Origin: Campylobacterota bacterium
GTDB lineage: Bacteria > Campylobacterota > Campylobacteria > Campylobacterales > Arcobacteraceae
Assembly: GCA_051746405.1 (NCBI GenBank)
Contig: JBNJFB010000010.1
Coordinates: 1 to 58,264 of the forward strand
Length of the DNA: 58,264 nucleotides
Direction: 5' to 3'
The position numbers and the translations under genes are program-made. Every line of letters begins with the position of its first letter. Position 1 is the first letter of the stretch. Under the pieces are notes generated by a model. The model saw only the letters and a list, made by a program, of their open reading frames with translations, searched no databases and was not told the DNA's origin. This document shows, one piece after another, positions 29,367 to 42,100 of the stretch.

Positions 29367-30325
29367 ATTAGAGGCTCCAAACTATTACAGATATCACAGT
29401 CAAAACATTCAAATCTACAGTTTTTTGTAGTATTTCTCCATTTATTAAACTCTTTATGATTTTTTTCTTTAATCTTCATTGCATTTGGAAATGTAGGAAT
29501 AATTTGATTTTTATTAATATAGCTATCTATTACTAAGAAAGATTGTTTTAGCATAGTTTTGCCATCTCTACCAAACATTTTAAAAATATCAATATATTTT
29601 AATATATCATTAAAATCTTCCCAAAAAGGAGATGCTACTGCTCTTTTATAATCATAGTGAGGATCTTGTTTTTCCCAACTTCTACAAGTAAGAGTTGAAA
29701 GTTCATTTCCAAAATAATGAGAATTATTAAAATTAACATTATAGTGTTCAGTTCTTGCAGGACAGTGACCTATGCATTGTTCATTTGGTAGGATTTGAGT
29801 TTTTACATATTTATTATATTTTTTAAAAAAAAGCCCTTGAGTTTTTTTTATTTGCTTTAGCGATTCTTGGTCTCTTAATAAATTTCTATCAATATTTACA
29901 ACATCATACCCAACTTGTGCAGCATCCCAGAACTCTCTAGGATTAGATACTTTACTTAAAATACTATTTTTTATTTTAAGTTTAGGAAATCTATTTTGTA
30001 TTTTTTTACTGAGCATCCAATGATAAATTGGCATGGTAATATTTCTTATACCTGCATTATAAAGTGGTGTAAAATTTTGAATAAATAATTCTAAATTTTT
30101 AAATGAAGGGTTTATGTTTATATTATTAAATGTTGCACTTATATTTATCCCTGTTTCCTTTTGTAAGTATAGACTTTTTGCAACAAGTTCTTCACTATTG
30201 AGGTCTCCACCCATTGCATCGCTGGTAAATGGTTCTAATCTTATTGTGGTGTATATATCATGTATATAAATTTTATTTTTTAATACAAAAGGTAAATAAA
30301 ATTTTTTGTACTCATCAAAAGTCAA
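29363..30325 (-). CDS. Cys-rich peptidase-U32-like (putative Fe-S TIM-barrel) protein
   Basis: NIDRNLLRD, NEQCIGHCPARTEHY, CRSW, DIFKMFGR and CRFECFDCDIC; ATGA overlap with the kinase gene. Confidence 0.65.
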   Translation of the reverse strand: MTFDEYKKFYLPFVLKNKIYIHDIYTTIRLEPFTSDAMGGDLNSEELVAKSLYLQKETGINISATFNNININPSFKNLELFIQNFTPLYNAGIRNITMPIYHWMLSKKIQNRFPKLKIKNSILSKVSNPREFWDAAQVGYDVVNIDRNLLRDQESLKQIKKTQGLFFKKYNKYVKTQILPNEQCIGHCPARTEHYNVNFNNSHYFGNELSTLTCRSWEKQDPHYDYKRAVASPFWEDFNDILKYIDIFKMFGRDGKTMLKQSFLVIDSYINKNQIIPTFPNAMKIKEKNHKEFNKWRNTTKNCRFECFDCDICNSLEPLI

Positions 30326-30372
30326 ATAGGGGCTAAAAGGTATAGAAAATATTGTAATAATATACTTCTAAT

Positions 30373-32256
30373 TTAAAATAGTTTTGCTAATTTTAGTGTA
30401 AAAATAGTTTCATAATTCTTACACTCTACACTAATTTTACTTCTTAATTTTTCTTCAATTAAAATTTTTGCGATATTTAATCCTAGTCCATAATTATTTT
30501 GTTTAGTTGTGAAAGATGGTTCAAAAACTTTAGTTAATGGTTTTACATTAATTCCTATACCATTATCTTTAAATTTTATATAAGTTATATCTTTATTTTG
30601 AGTAATTATTATTGTGATTTTAGGACTAGTTACTTTCTCTAACTCAAATGATTCAATAGAGTTTTCTAATAAAATAGAAATAATATTAGAGAAGCATCCT
30701 TTAAAAGTTTTTAAATTTAAGTTTTCATTACAAAGTATTTCAAATCTAATATTATTTAAAATGATTCTTTGCTCGTATATTCCAATTAACTTTTCTAATT
30801 CTTGATTAGGATTTATTGTAGCTAAGTCTTTTTCATTAGTATAAAAATTACTAAAAAGACTTAATGTTTGAGACATACATTCAATAGAGTAATTTATTTT
30901 ATCTTTAACCAAAGAAAAGTTTTCTATAATTTCTTCTTTTCTTCTATGATTATATAAAGTTTCTAGATATAAAATTTGTGATGAAATATAAGATAGAGGC
31001 TGTCTAAATTGATGAGATAAGTTTTTTACTGTTTTCCCAATATCTGTTACATTTTTTTCTTGTGAAAGAAGAAAATCTTTTTTATCATTGTCTTCTTTTA
31101 TTTTTGAGATTTTTGAACTTAATGCTATAGCTAAAAAAACAATTTCTAAAAGTACACCTAGTGGAAATATGAAATTTGTTAAGTAAGAAGTCTGAATTAT
31201 TCCAAATGTAAATAAAACAATAACTAAAAGACTTGATAAGTATATTGATTCTCCAATTAGAAAAAATAAGGCACCATCTAATCTCTTTTTAATTGCCCAA
31301 ATAGCAGTTAATACAATAAATAATATATTAAAAGTTATTATAGCAAGAAATATTGGAGTAATCATCAAAATATCAGTATTAGTTAGTGAATATATAAATA
31401 ATATAAGGAAAACTATATGTATCATTAAAAATAAGTTAAATATTTTATTTAATAATATATTACTTTTATTTATTTTAAAAAACTCTTTAGTAAAAAGATT
31501 AATAAATAAAAGAAAAATAGGAGTACTAATCCATGTACTTATTGTCAGAAATAATAAATCAAACCCTACATTAAGTACATAAAATATGCCATTAAGAGCA
31601 TAAGTGAAACATAATATGAAAAATCCATGAAGCACATAATATAAATATGTATAGTTTTTTAGACTAATAAACATAAGAAAGTTATAAAGAATCAATGCAA
31701 GAACAATACCTGCAAATAAACCCCAAAAAATATACTCAAGGATACTAGTATATGAATAATTCTTTGAATCAACTATATCCCAGTGTAAATCAATTGAGCC
31801 TAATGAATTATATTTAGTAATAATTATATACTTCTCATTTGATTTAAATGTAAGTTTATAAGCATTTCTATTACCCAAAATCTCTCTATCTTTTGGATTT
31901 TCTAGGTCTCCTAATTTTATATATTTAAAAAGTTCTTTATTTTCATTGTATATATAAACATCTATATTATCTATTCCAGCTCTATTATTTCTAAATACCA
32001 TAGAAGTTTTTGTATTACTAACATTTTTTACAATAAATTTTGTCCAAAATGTTGCTTTTGAATAGGAGGCTTTATTTCGATTATAATTAGAAGAAATATT
32101 ATTTTCTAAAATATCTTTTAATTTAAAATCATGATTTTTATCAATGTAAACTTTTTGACTTGAGGATGTATTAAATAATTCTTTTTTAGAGTTGATTTCT
32201 AAAACATCACCATATGTAAGAGTGTATAGGAATACAATAAGTAATATTTTTAGCAA
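30373..32256 (-). CDS. 7TMR-DISM sensor histidine kinase
   Basis: Periplasmic DISMED2-like domain (FWTKF..IDNIDVY..GD), seven TM helices (LILYNFLMF..YLYYV), H-box LSHQFRQPL, N-box LLENSIE, DNGIGI, FTTK and GLGL. Confidence 0.9.
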   Translation of the reverse strand: MLKILLIVFLYTLTYGDVLEINSKKELFNTSSSQKVYIDKNHDFKLKDILENNISSNYNRNKASYSKATFWTKFIVKNVSNTKTSMVFRNNRAGIDNIDVYIYNENKELFKYIKLGDLENPKDREILGNRNAYKLTFKSNEKYIIITKYNSLGSIDLHWDIVDSKNYSYTSILEYIFWGLFAGIVLALILYNFLMFISLKNYTYLYYVLHGFFILCFTYALNGIFYVLNVGFDLLFLTISTWISTPIFLLFINLFTKEFFKINKSNILLNKIFNLFLMIHIVFLILFIYSLTNTDILMITPIFLAIITFNILFIVLTAIWAIKKRLDGALFFLIGESIYLSSLLVIVLFTFGIIQTSYLTNFIFPLGVLLEIVFLAIALSSKISKIKEDNDKKDFLLSQEKNVTDIGKTVKNLSHQFRQPLSYISSQILYLETLYNHRRKEEIIENFSLVKDKINYSIECMSQTLSLFSNFYTNEKDLATINPNQELEKLIGIYEQRIILNNIRFEILCNENLNLKTFKGCFSNIISILLENSIESFELEKVTSPKITIIITQNKDITYIKFKDNGIGINVKPLTKVFEPSFTTKQNNYGLGLNIAKILIEEKLRSKISVECKNYETIFTLKLAKLF

Positions 32257-32270
32257 TTAGTTTCCTTTTA

Positions 32271-32954
32271 TTATTTAATAAGATATCCTAAATCTTTAAT
32301 TGTAATTATGAGATCTGTATCTAGTTTTTTTCTAAGGCGATAGACCATATTTCTCATGGTATTTGGCTCAACGTAATCTCCAAAAACCTCTTGTTCTACT
32401 ATTTCTTTTGAAAATAAATTGTTTCTTCTTTGAAGTAATAATTCTAAAAATTTTACTTCTTGTTTTGATAATTGTATGGGTATATCATCTTTTAAAATAA
32501 TTTTATTAACATAATCATATTTTATGTTTTGTTCCAAACTAACCTCTAATCTATTGTTCTGTTCTAAACTTTTCACAGCATTTTCCAAAGCTGTTATTAG
32601 TTTACTATAAGTTAGTGGTTTTTCAATGTATGTTATAAGGTTTAATTCAATAGCTTTTAGTAATTTTTCTTTATCACAATAACCACTTGACATTATAATA
32701 GGAATATTTCTATCTTTTTCTCTAATCTTTTTTGCCACTTCATATCCATCTAAAATAGGCATTACATAGTCTAAAATTATAATATCAATTCTCTCATTAT
32801 CAAAATATTCTAAAGCTTCTAATCCATCATTTGCATAATATGTATTATTACAAAGTATTGTAAAAGTATCCTTTATTGTATTTTGTAATATACTATCATC
32901 TTCTGCATATAAAATATTTAGAGTTTTTAAAATTTCAAGCAAATCATTTCTCAC
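32271..32954 (-). CDS. OmpR/PhoB-family response regulator
   Basis: Receiver ILYAEDD, LDYVMP and EKP; wHTH LSKQE..LL, MVYRLRKKL and GY. Confidence 0.93.
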   Translation of the reverse strand: MRNDLLEILKTLNILYAEDDSILQNTIKDTFTILCNNTYYANDGLEALEYFDNERIDIIILDYVMPILDGYEVAKKIREKDRNIPIIMSSGYCDKEKLLKAIELNLITYIEKPLTYSKLITALENAVKSLEQNNRLEVSLEQNIKYDYVNKIILKDDIPIQLSKQEVKFLELLLQRRNNLFSKEIVEQEVFGDYVEPNTMRNMVYRLRKKLDTDLIITIKDLGYLIK

Positions 32955-32974
32955 TTTTTATATATAAATTATGT

Positions 32975-33075
32975 ATATAATACAATCCTTACATCATATT
33001 TATATCATAATATTTTAAAAAAGAAAATATCAAGTGATTAATAATGATGTTAGTATGATATAAATTGTATATAAT
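32975..33075. promoter_or_regulatory. divergent promoter with mirror-image tandem OmpR-type boxes
   Basis: acatcat 32991 / atatcat 33002 and atgatgt 33044 / atgatat 33055, each pair 11 bp apart; TATAAT at 33070-33075. Confidence 0.6.
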
Positions 33076-33115
33076 TAGTAATGGAATATTATTTGTTAAA
33101 ATTTAAGGATTAATT

Positions 33116-36100
33116 ATGTCAAAATCAATAGCACAATCTAGAATGTATAGAAGAACAAAAGAGTTATTAAAAAGAAAAAAACAAAAAAAAATAGAGAAAC
33201 AAAGAAATAAAAACAATTTTCTTTCTAATAAAGATAAATTTACTATAAACTCTCTTGAGGATAGGATACTTCTATCTGCTGATCCAATAGCCAATGGAGT
33301 TATGGAGTATATTAATGAAGATGAGAATAGTACAGTTTTAATAGATGAAGCTAATCAAGAACATGAAATAGAGTTAGATGCTAAAAATACTGACAATAAT
33401 AATATCCTAGATTTTGCAAATTTAAATAATGAATTAATAAATAGTTCCACTTTGAAAATTGATAATGAGACTATATTAGGTGGAAGTGGATCTATTGTAA
33501 TTGATCTAATTAATGAAGGTATTGTATCTCCTGGTTATTCTCCTGGAATACAAACTATTAATGGAGATTATGAACAAGACTCTAATGCAACCCTTAAAAT
33601 AGAAATTGCAGGTACAGGTGAAAATGATGGAGGTTTAGCTGGAGTCGATTTTGATAAGGTTGTTGTAAATGGTACAGCAAATTTAAATGGGACCTTGGAT
33701 GTTTCTTTTTTAAATGATTATGAAGTTAATTTAGGTGATGAATATACTATCTTAGAAGCTAATAATATTGAAGGAAACTTTATTGATGCAAAAGGTCTTT
33801 TTGGATTTGGTGATGGAGAATATTTTTTAGATATCAAACAAACTGAAACAAGTGTTAAACTAATAGTAAAAGAGATAGGTGAAAATATAGCTTTACAAGT
33901 TGACAATAATGATCTAGCAGTAAACAATTATTTAAGCAAAGCTCTAAATGCAGACTATTTTGATATTGCAGATGAAGATGTAGTTGATATATCAGGTAAG
34001 GTTTCTATTGCTGATACGCTGTTTATTGAGGGAAGTTTAGACTTTAATTTAAACTATCATGATAATATCACTATTGGAACAGGTTTGCCAAATGAAGTGA
34101 TTGTAGATATGCCTAATAAAATAGAAGATGTAAGTATGTCTTTCTTTGATATCTCCATAAGTGATGCAAATGTCTTTTTTGGTTTCGATGGTGATTATAT
34201 TAGTGTTTTAGAAGATGAAGATTATGAGTATTTTGATGATGCTACAGGATTTATGATCAAAGATATTGATATGGCATTTTCTTTAATGACAGTACTTGAT
34301 ATAGATATAGCTACATCGATGAATCATCCAACTTTTTATTCAGTATATGCTCAAACTCAAAGTGCTGAATTTATAGGTATGGACTTTTTAACCACAGAGT
34401 TTCATGAGTTGACTATAGAAGCAAATAGTTCAGCAGGATGGCTTTATTATGATTTTGTTCCATTTGTTGACTTTCAAGAGAGCTTTGGTGTTGATGGTTA
34501 TCAGTTTAATATGGGAAATGAGACATTAGCACTTAAAGGAACTGATGACTATTTTAAAGTTGATGTAGGACAAGCCAAACTACAAGTATCACAGTTTATA
34601 TACCTGCAAGGTGGATTTAGCTTTGAGATGGGACCTACATATTTAGTAGATATAGCAACAGGGTTGCCAGCATCTCAAGAGGGTGTTTTAGGAGATTTAG
34701 TCGAGCCATTGTTTGACTTTGCAGCTGATGGTTCTGATTATTCTACACTTAAAGAGGTTGAAGTAGCATCTATGACAATAGGTGGTTCAAACTTGGTTGG
34801 ATTTTTTGGTGGATTAGGACCATATAAAGAAGACAAAGATTTAAGTATTGATAGCGATGGAGATGGAGATCCTTATAATGATTATATAATCAATGAAGAT
34901 GCAGTAGGTTTAAGTGTAGAGGGACTTGACTTTGCAATGGTGACGATGGATCCTACTTCTCCTATTATAAGTAATGCACTTGGTAACTTTATGGCTGCAA
35001 AAGCAACGGCTGATAGAGCAGCTTTTATTGGTGTAGAAGATATTTTAACTATAGATATAAGAGATATTGAACTAAGATATAACACAGGTCCATCATGGCC
35101 TTTAGATATGGGACCTGCGGTAATAGATTGGGAAAGTAGCTTTAGCCAGACAGAAGGGTTTGAAGTATCAACAGGTGGTGATACTTCTATGGTTATTGAT
35201 TATGGTGGAGATGAGATAATAAGTGTCAATATAGGACATGCAGTAGTTCAAGTAAGCCAGTTTTTATATCTCAGTGGTTCTATGTCCTTGACAAAAGGTC
35301 CTGTTGAAAATGTATATGTAAATAGTGGAGATTTTCAAAGCCTTTATAGTAGCGGAGAAAAAGAGGTTTCTACTATCACGCTAGGTGGGGCTAACCTTCA
35401 AGGTTTTGCAGGAATTGGTGGACCATATAAAGAGGATATCTATCTTGATTATGATTCAAACGGAGATGGCAATCCATACAATGATTATGAAGTAGTCAAC
35501 CCAAATGCTACGGGACTTATAATAGATAATGTTAATTTTGCCACAGCTATTATGACTCCTACGGATATTCTTGCAAGTAGGTTGATAAATTTTGTGAGTG
35601 TAAAAGCAACTATTGATGAAGCAGCTCTTATTGGGATGGAAGATTTTATTGAAGCTGGTTTAGAGGATGTAGAGATAAATATCAATACAAGTCAAATCAA
35701 AGGACTTCCGCCACAAGGTTCACTTTTAGCCGCAATGCCGTATATTGATTATCAAAAGAGTTTTGAAGAAACAGATGGACTACAAGTCTCAACTGGATAT
35801 AAACTACAAGAAGATCAAGAGTCATCTGAGGGCTTAGATTTTATAACACTTGATTTTGACAGTGAAATAATTCAAGCAAAAGTGGGATATGCAAGACTTG
35901 ATATATTAGGCTCACTGCAAGTATTTGGGGCTATGGCATTTACTAAAAGAAGTGAAACTGTAAAACTTACCAATGGCGAAGAGGTGGAAGTGGTTTCTTT
36001 ATCTATTGGTATTAGCAATGCTTTTGGTTTTGTAGGTGTTGGTGGATATTTTTATGATAGTGATGGAGATGGAAGAGTTACTCAAGATGATAGTGTAGAT

Positions 36101-39100
36101 AGCTCTGCTGTGGGACTTGCTGTTACTGATCTTGATTTAGGTGCAGTACTTTCAAGAGAAGTTGGAAGTCTTACAAATGCTTATTTTGCCCTTGCTACTG
36201 ATCTAAAAAGTGTTGCTTTAGTTGGGATTGAAGATGCTATTGAAGTGAGCTTAAGTGAGGTTGAGTTTGATGCAAATACCTCTACAAGATTTGATGGAAC
36301 GGTTATAGATTTTAGTTCATCAAGTTGGATAGATGAAAATGAGATAGAGCAAAGTGGATATGAAATAGAAACAGGGGATGATGCAAATCCAATAGTGCTT
36401 GAATATGATGGGTTCTTGATAGATATATCAGGGATTATGGAGATGAGTGCTTTTGGTGTTTTTGCCCTTGATGCTGTATTTGAGCTGACTATTGATAATG
36501 GAGCTTTATCATTTTTTGTAGATGGTGAATCTATTATAGGAAGTGAAGATACCATTAGTATGACTCAAGCACTAACTGCTTTAATGTATATAGATAGTGA
36601 TGGTTTTGCAATGACTGCAAGACTGCAAGGGGGGATTGATTTAGGTCCAGTTATGAATTTAGATATTGAGCAGCTTGATCTAACTATCAATACCACACGA
36701 AAAGATATCGTTTATGAAGTGCCTGAGAAGTTTTTAGAAAAAGTTGATTATGAAACTATCACTATCTTAGAAAAACCAGAAAAATATGAAAATGATGATA
36801 TGCATTTTTATGTGATGCTTGAAGCAAAAGGAACTTTAGAGCTTTTAAGTGCACTTAGTCTTAAAGGGGATATTGACTTTTTATTTAGTGATACTCGTAC
36901 AGTAATGGGAGTAGGAGCTATCTTAGATCTTCCTGGACTTGAGCCTTTGGGAGCTGCTGGATCATTAGGAATCACTTCAGGTGGAGTTTATGGATCTTTG
37001 ATGGTTGGAAATGCTTTTGCAGGTGGGTCAACTCTTATAGATGCGGGAATATTTAGTATTTCAGGTGGATTTTTACTCCAAATTAATACAACTACACAAA
37101 AACAAAGTGTCAAAGCACTAGAGATTGATAATAATGGTCAACTTACAGGTGAATTTATTGATGAAGATTTAGAAGCTACTACAATGTTTATAGCAGGAAC
37201 AGCTGAAATTGAAATAGCTGGTGCAGTTTCACTTTATGGTGAGATGTCACTACTTATTAATGAACAAGGTTTTGAAGCAGATGCTGAACTAAAACTTGAT
37301 CTTGGAGCTTTTGGTGAAGTGGAAGCTAGTGGAGCATTATCAATACTAAATACCGATGATGAGGGGATGGTCTTTGCTATGAGTTTAGATACTCATATCT
37401 CTTTTGGTCTTTCTGGAATAGTAGGGATTGATGCTGATGCAAAAATAGAGATAAACACTAGTGATACCAATGAGTATGCAGGAGTAGATGCAGGAACACT
37501 TTTCAACCTTGAACTTGATGGAGCTTTAAATATCCTTGCACTTAAAGCAAATCTTGAGGGCTCAATTAGCATAATTGATGATGTTTTTGAACTTAGAATT
37601 GATGATGCGAGTGTAGATTTCTTTGGTATTTTGGATGTAGGGATGAGTGGATATATAAGAAGTGATGGATACTTTTTAATCAATGGTGAAGCTAATATGA
37701 ATATTGATCTTGCCATTATTCAAATTGAAGCAGGTGTTGAAATGACATTTGGAAATACACTAGAACAAGGTCCTATAGTAGGTCTTGCACTTTATGGTTC
37801 TGTTTCTGTTGATATAGATTTAGGACTCTTTTCTATCAAAGAGACTTTGGCAGGATTTAGAGGAGAGATTGAGCTAACTGCGGCAAGTGCTTATCTTCAA
37901 GCGAGTGTAACAGTTGCAGGGATTACAGTCTCAGGTGATATTACATGGAGTTGGGGTGACTTGCCTATCATAGCAACACAAGTTGGTGATCAACTATACT
38001 TAAATATGGGTGATAGATGGGAGCATAGAGAAACTGCTAAAAATAAAGCTATTGGAAATCTATATGAAGATGTGATTCATGAAACTTATAATATTACCCA
38101 AAATGAAGCAGGTGATTTGGTTGTTAAATCTATGGGTGTGGAAAAAACTTATTCAGGAGTTAAAACTATTCATGCTTCAGGTGGAGAGGGAAGTGATGTA
38201 ATCTTTGTAGGTTCAAATGTTACTCAAAAACTTCTATTTGATGGTGGTGAAGGTAAAGATACCTTTATTATTGCAGGTGGAGCATCAGATAGTGTGATTC
38301 GAGGTGGAGCTGGAAATGACCAATTAGTTGGTGGCTCAACTTCTGGTATTCACTATTATGGTGGAGATGGAAACGATAGTTTTGTAGGTGGAGGAGCGAG
38401 CTCTGTTCTTAATATGGGTGGAGGAAAAAATAAAATCTCTACTGGAAATGGAAATACTACAATCAATGTAACCCAAAACAGTGAAGTGGATATCAAAGGT
38501 GGAAGTGGCTATGACACTGTTTATACACAAATTACTAGTGACAAAGATTTAATTATTGGTGATAAGTTTTTCAACTATGGTGGAATAGTTATCAAAACTG
38601 ATGATTTAGTTGATATGGTACATGTAAGAGACGTATCAAACTCTACAACACTTAGAACAAATGCTCAAGGTGATTCATGGGGCAATACAGGACTTACAGT
38701 AGTCTCAGATGGTGTGGTAGATGTGAGTGATTTAGAGTTTATCGCTCCAACTGCAAGGCTTAGTATCGATTCTTATGGAATTATTGGTGAGCTTAATACT
38801 CAGATTGAAGAGCTTAGTGTTATAACAAAAGGTGACTCAAATGGAGATATTGTTATCAATGAAAAAGATGATTTGATTATTGTAGATGACAATAGAGCCA
38901 ATGGGGGTGTTTATACTACAACAGGAACTATTGATATTACACTTAATGATTATGAATCACAGCTGACTATGATATCTGGTATGATAAGTACTACAAATAG
39001 TGGTGGAAATATCACTCTTATAGCAGATGATATAGAGTTTGAATCTGGTCAAAATAGAGTAATAGGTGAGGGTGAACTTCTAATCAAAACAAAAACCGCT

Positions 39101-42100
39101 TCACAAAACTATAATCTAGGTTCAGCAGGGCAAACTACCTATGGAATAGATAAATCTGATGGTTTAGACAATGGATATATGCATCTTTCTATGCAAGATT
39201 TTGCTGCAATGAAAGAGGGATTTAGTCATATTCAAATAGGGGATGAAACAACTGCGACGACTACCTATCTAGGGGACTTGAAAAATGCAACAGTTGGAAA
39301 CTTCACTTATAATGCGAAGCTTGAAGACTATCTTACAATCTACGCAGGAAGACTCAATGTAGTTGGAAATGTTCAATCAACTGATACAATAGATATATAT
39401 GCAAACTATATGGAGGTAAGAAAAACAAATATTCATAATCCTTTAGGGTCACCTGATTCTGGTATCTATGCAAAAGATGTGGATGTAAACTTAAGTGAAC
39501 AATTAGTTCTTACTGGATGGATAAAAGCAGATGATAGTATATCTGTAGATATTATAGGAACAACTGGAAACAACCCAATAGTAGGCTATGGAGCTGAGGC
39601 AAATAGTTTTACAGCTGACCAAGGAAGTGTATTTGCAACTTATAATAATGGTGGTGAAATTATTGTAAATACAAGTGAATCTATCTATAGTGCCACTACT
39701 ATTGAGGGATTTGGTGCAAACTCTACTATACAGATAAATTCCCAAACAGGGCTGACTATACTTGAGGGTGCTGTAATAGCAGCAAGAGCAGATAACTCTA
39801 CTATAGATTTAAGTGCACAAGAGTATCTTCATATCAATAGTGGTGGAGCAATAACAGCAGGTGCTAAATGGAATCAAGAGAGTATGAGCTATGAAAAAAC
39901 AGGTTCAAACTCTTCGATCACATTAACAACTGATGGGGAGATGAGACTCTCAGGTGCTATCACTTCAGCTGGTGCTATGGATTTAGTTGGTGGAGATTCC
40001 CATAGTGATTATGCAAGCTACTTTGATACTATTCCTGGGAAAAATATCGCTTCAATTGACTTCTCGCAAGAGTTGACAAACAACTTCAATAGTGGCGTTT
40101 TACCACAAGAGATATTAGATCTATTCGCTCAAAATAGTATCAGCATTGGCGATAACTATGGTATCTCTTCAATAGAAAACTATACACCATTTGATGCACT
40201 AACTGAAGAGCAAAAAGATGCAGTAGCGGTAAGTTTAGGATACAGTATCTATGAGCCAAGTGGTGAACAAAAATACTACTTCAAAGAAGATGCACCAAGT
40301 GAGAAAATGCTTTTAGAGACACTTACAAATGGCGATAGTGTGAGTAGCAGTGTAGGATATACACACTACAGCAGTTTAGTATTTGTAGATCTGAACAATG
40401 AGAAAGTAAAAACATCTTTTATTCAAGGTGTTAGTGATGATTATGATAATGACTTGATTGAGTGGGGAAATGTAACAGCACCTAGTGCAAATGCTACATT
40501 TGATAGTTTAACACTTGAGCAAAAACTTGTCGTTGCCGCATCTCTTGGATACTCAACTGATGACGGGGGCGAGTCATTTTATAACTACAATGCTCAACAA
40601 GGGAAAAAATATCTCAAAACCTTTAGCGAGGGGATAGTTGCAGATTATAAAAATGAAGATATCTATTGGGGAGCAGTAGATGCACCAAGTAGTGACGCAT
40701 CGTTTGAGACTCTTACAAAAGAGCAAAAAGTAGTTGTGGCACAAAGTTTAGGATATAGTGTATATGAAGATGTATATGTAAACCTTGAAGCAGATGAAAA
40801 CCAAAGAGTAGTAAAATCTCTTGCTTATGAGGGTGAGTTTACTGTAGATAGTATCAACTGGGGTGGAGTTAAAACTCCAGCTGAAGATACAACTTTTGAA
40901 GAGCTTAGTTTAGAGCAACAGCAAAGAGTATTAGAAACACTTGAGTATTCAAGATATGATGGAGTTATTTATTATAATGAAACTGATGAAAGTTTCGCTA
41001 TTACTTTTGATTCACAAAGTGACTTTGATATTGAAAGCTTAGATTGGGGTGATGCGAAAAAACCTGCAATCGATGCTACATTTGAAGATTTAAATATTTT
41101 ACAAAAACAAGTGGTACTTGATTCTTTAGATTATAGAGAATATACAGGAACTGTATATACAAATGGTGATGAGTTTAAGCTTACATTTGTTGAAGGAAGT
41201 GATGCAGATGCTGATTACTCAAATGATAGTATTACATGGAGCAGTGTTGAAGTACCCGATGAAAATACCACCTTTGAAGAGCTTAGTTCACAACAACAAC
41301 ATTATGTACTCACTCAAAGTGGATATAGTGAATATTCAAGTAAGTTTTACTATAAAGCAGATGCAATTGATGATAAAAAACTTCTTACAAGCTTTGTAGA
41401 GGGAGTGGATTATCAAAATAGTAGTATGAACTGGGGTGAGGTCTCATTTGATACTACTAATCGATGGATAGTTAACGATGGTGAAAATAGTTATATACTT
41501 TATGCACAAGATAGCGATGGCGATGGCATAGCTGAAAGTATCAAAATACAAGAGAAACACGAGCTAGTAGGTCAAAGAGGCTATGGCTTTTTGCTTACAG
41601 GAACACTTACTTCACTTCAAGATAATACCGACTTAGTCATAGAGGGTCAAAAAGATACAATAGTACGAGGAAATATCAATCTTCTAGGGGAGAACTCAAA
41701 CCTAACAGTTCAGTCTGATAGTTGGGTATATTGGGAAGGTGAAGCAGATGTTAGTGGAGATATCTCAATACTAGGAGGGGTAACTCTTGATAATGGTAAT
41801 GAGATAACAGACACAGCAAAAGAGACAAGTGTATATATCCATGCAACATCAACTCTTAATAATACAAACTCAGGAAACAATATCACTATTATTGGTGGTA
41901 AAGATGTGGATATCTACGGAAGAGTAGTCGCAGGTGCAACTATTGAGTCTGATGGGGTTCATTTTGTAGGAAATGATTCCACTGTATTTATAGGTGCAGG
42001 GGAACAAGTCTACATCGATACAGCAATAGTAGCCTCAAAGTCTATTAATATTCAAACTCTTGAAGCACCAGGGGTTGATGATGAAAATAGAAGTTTAATC

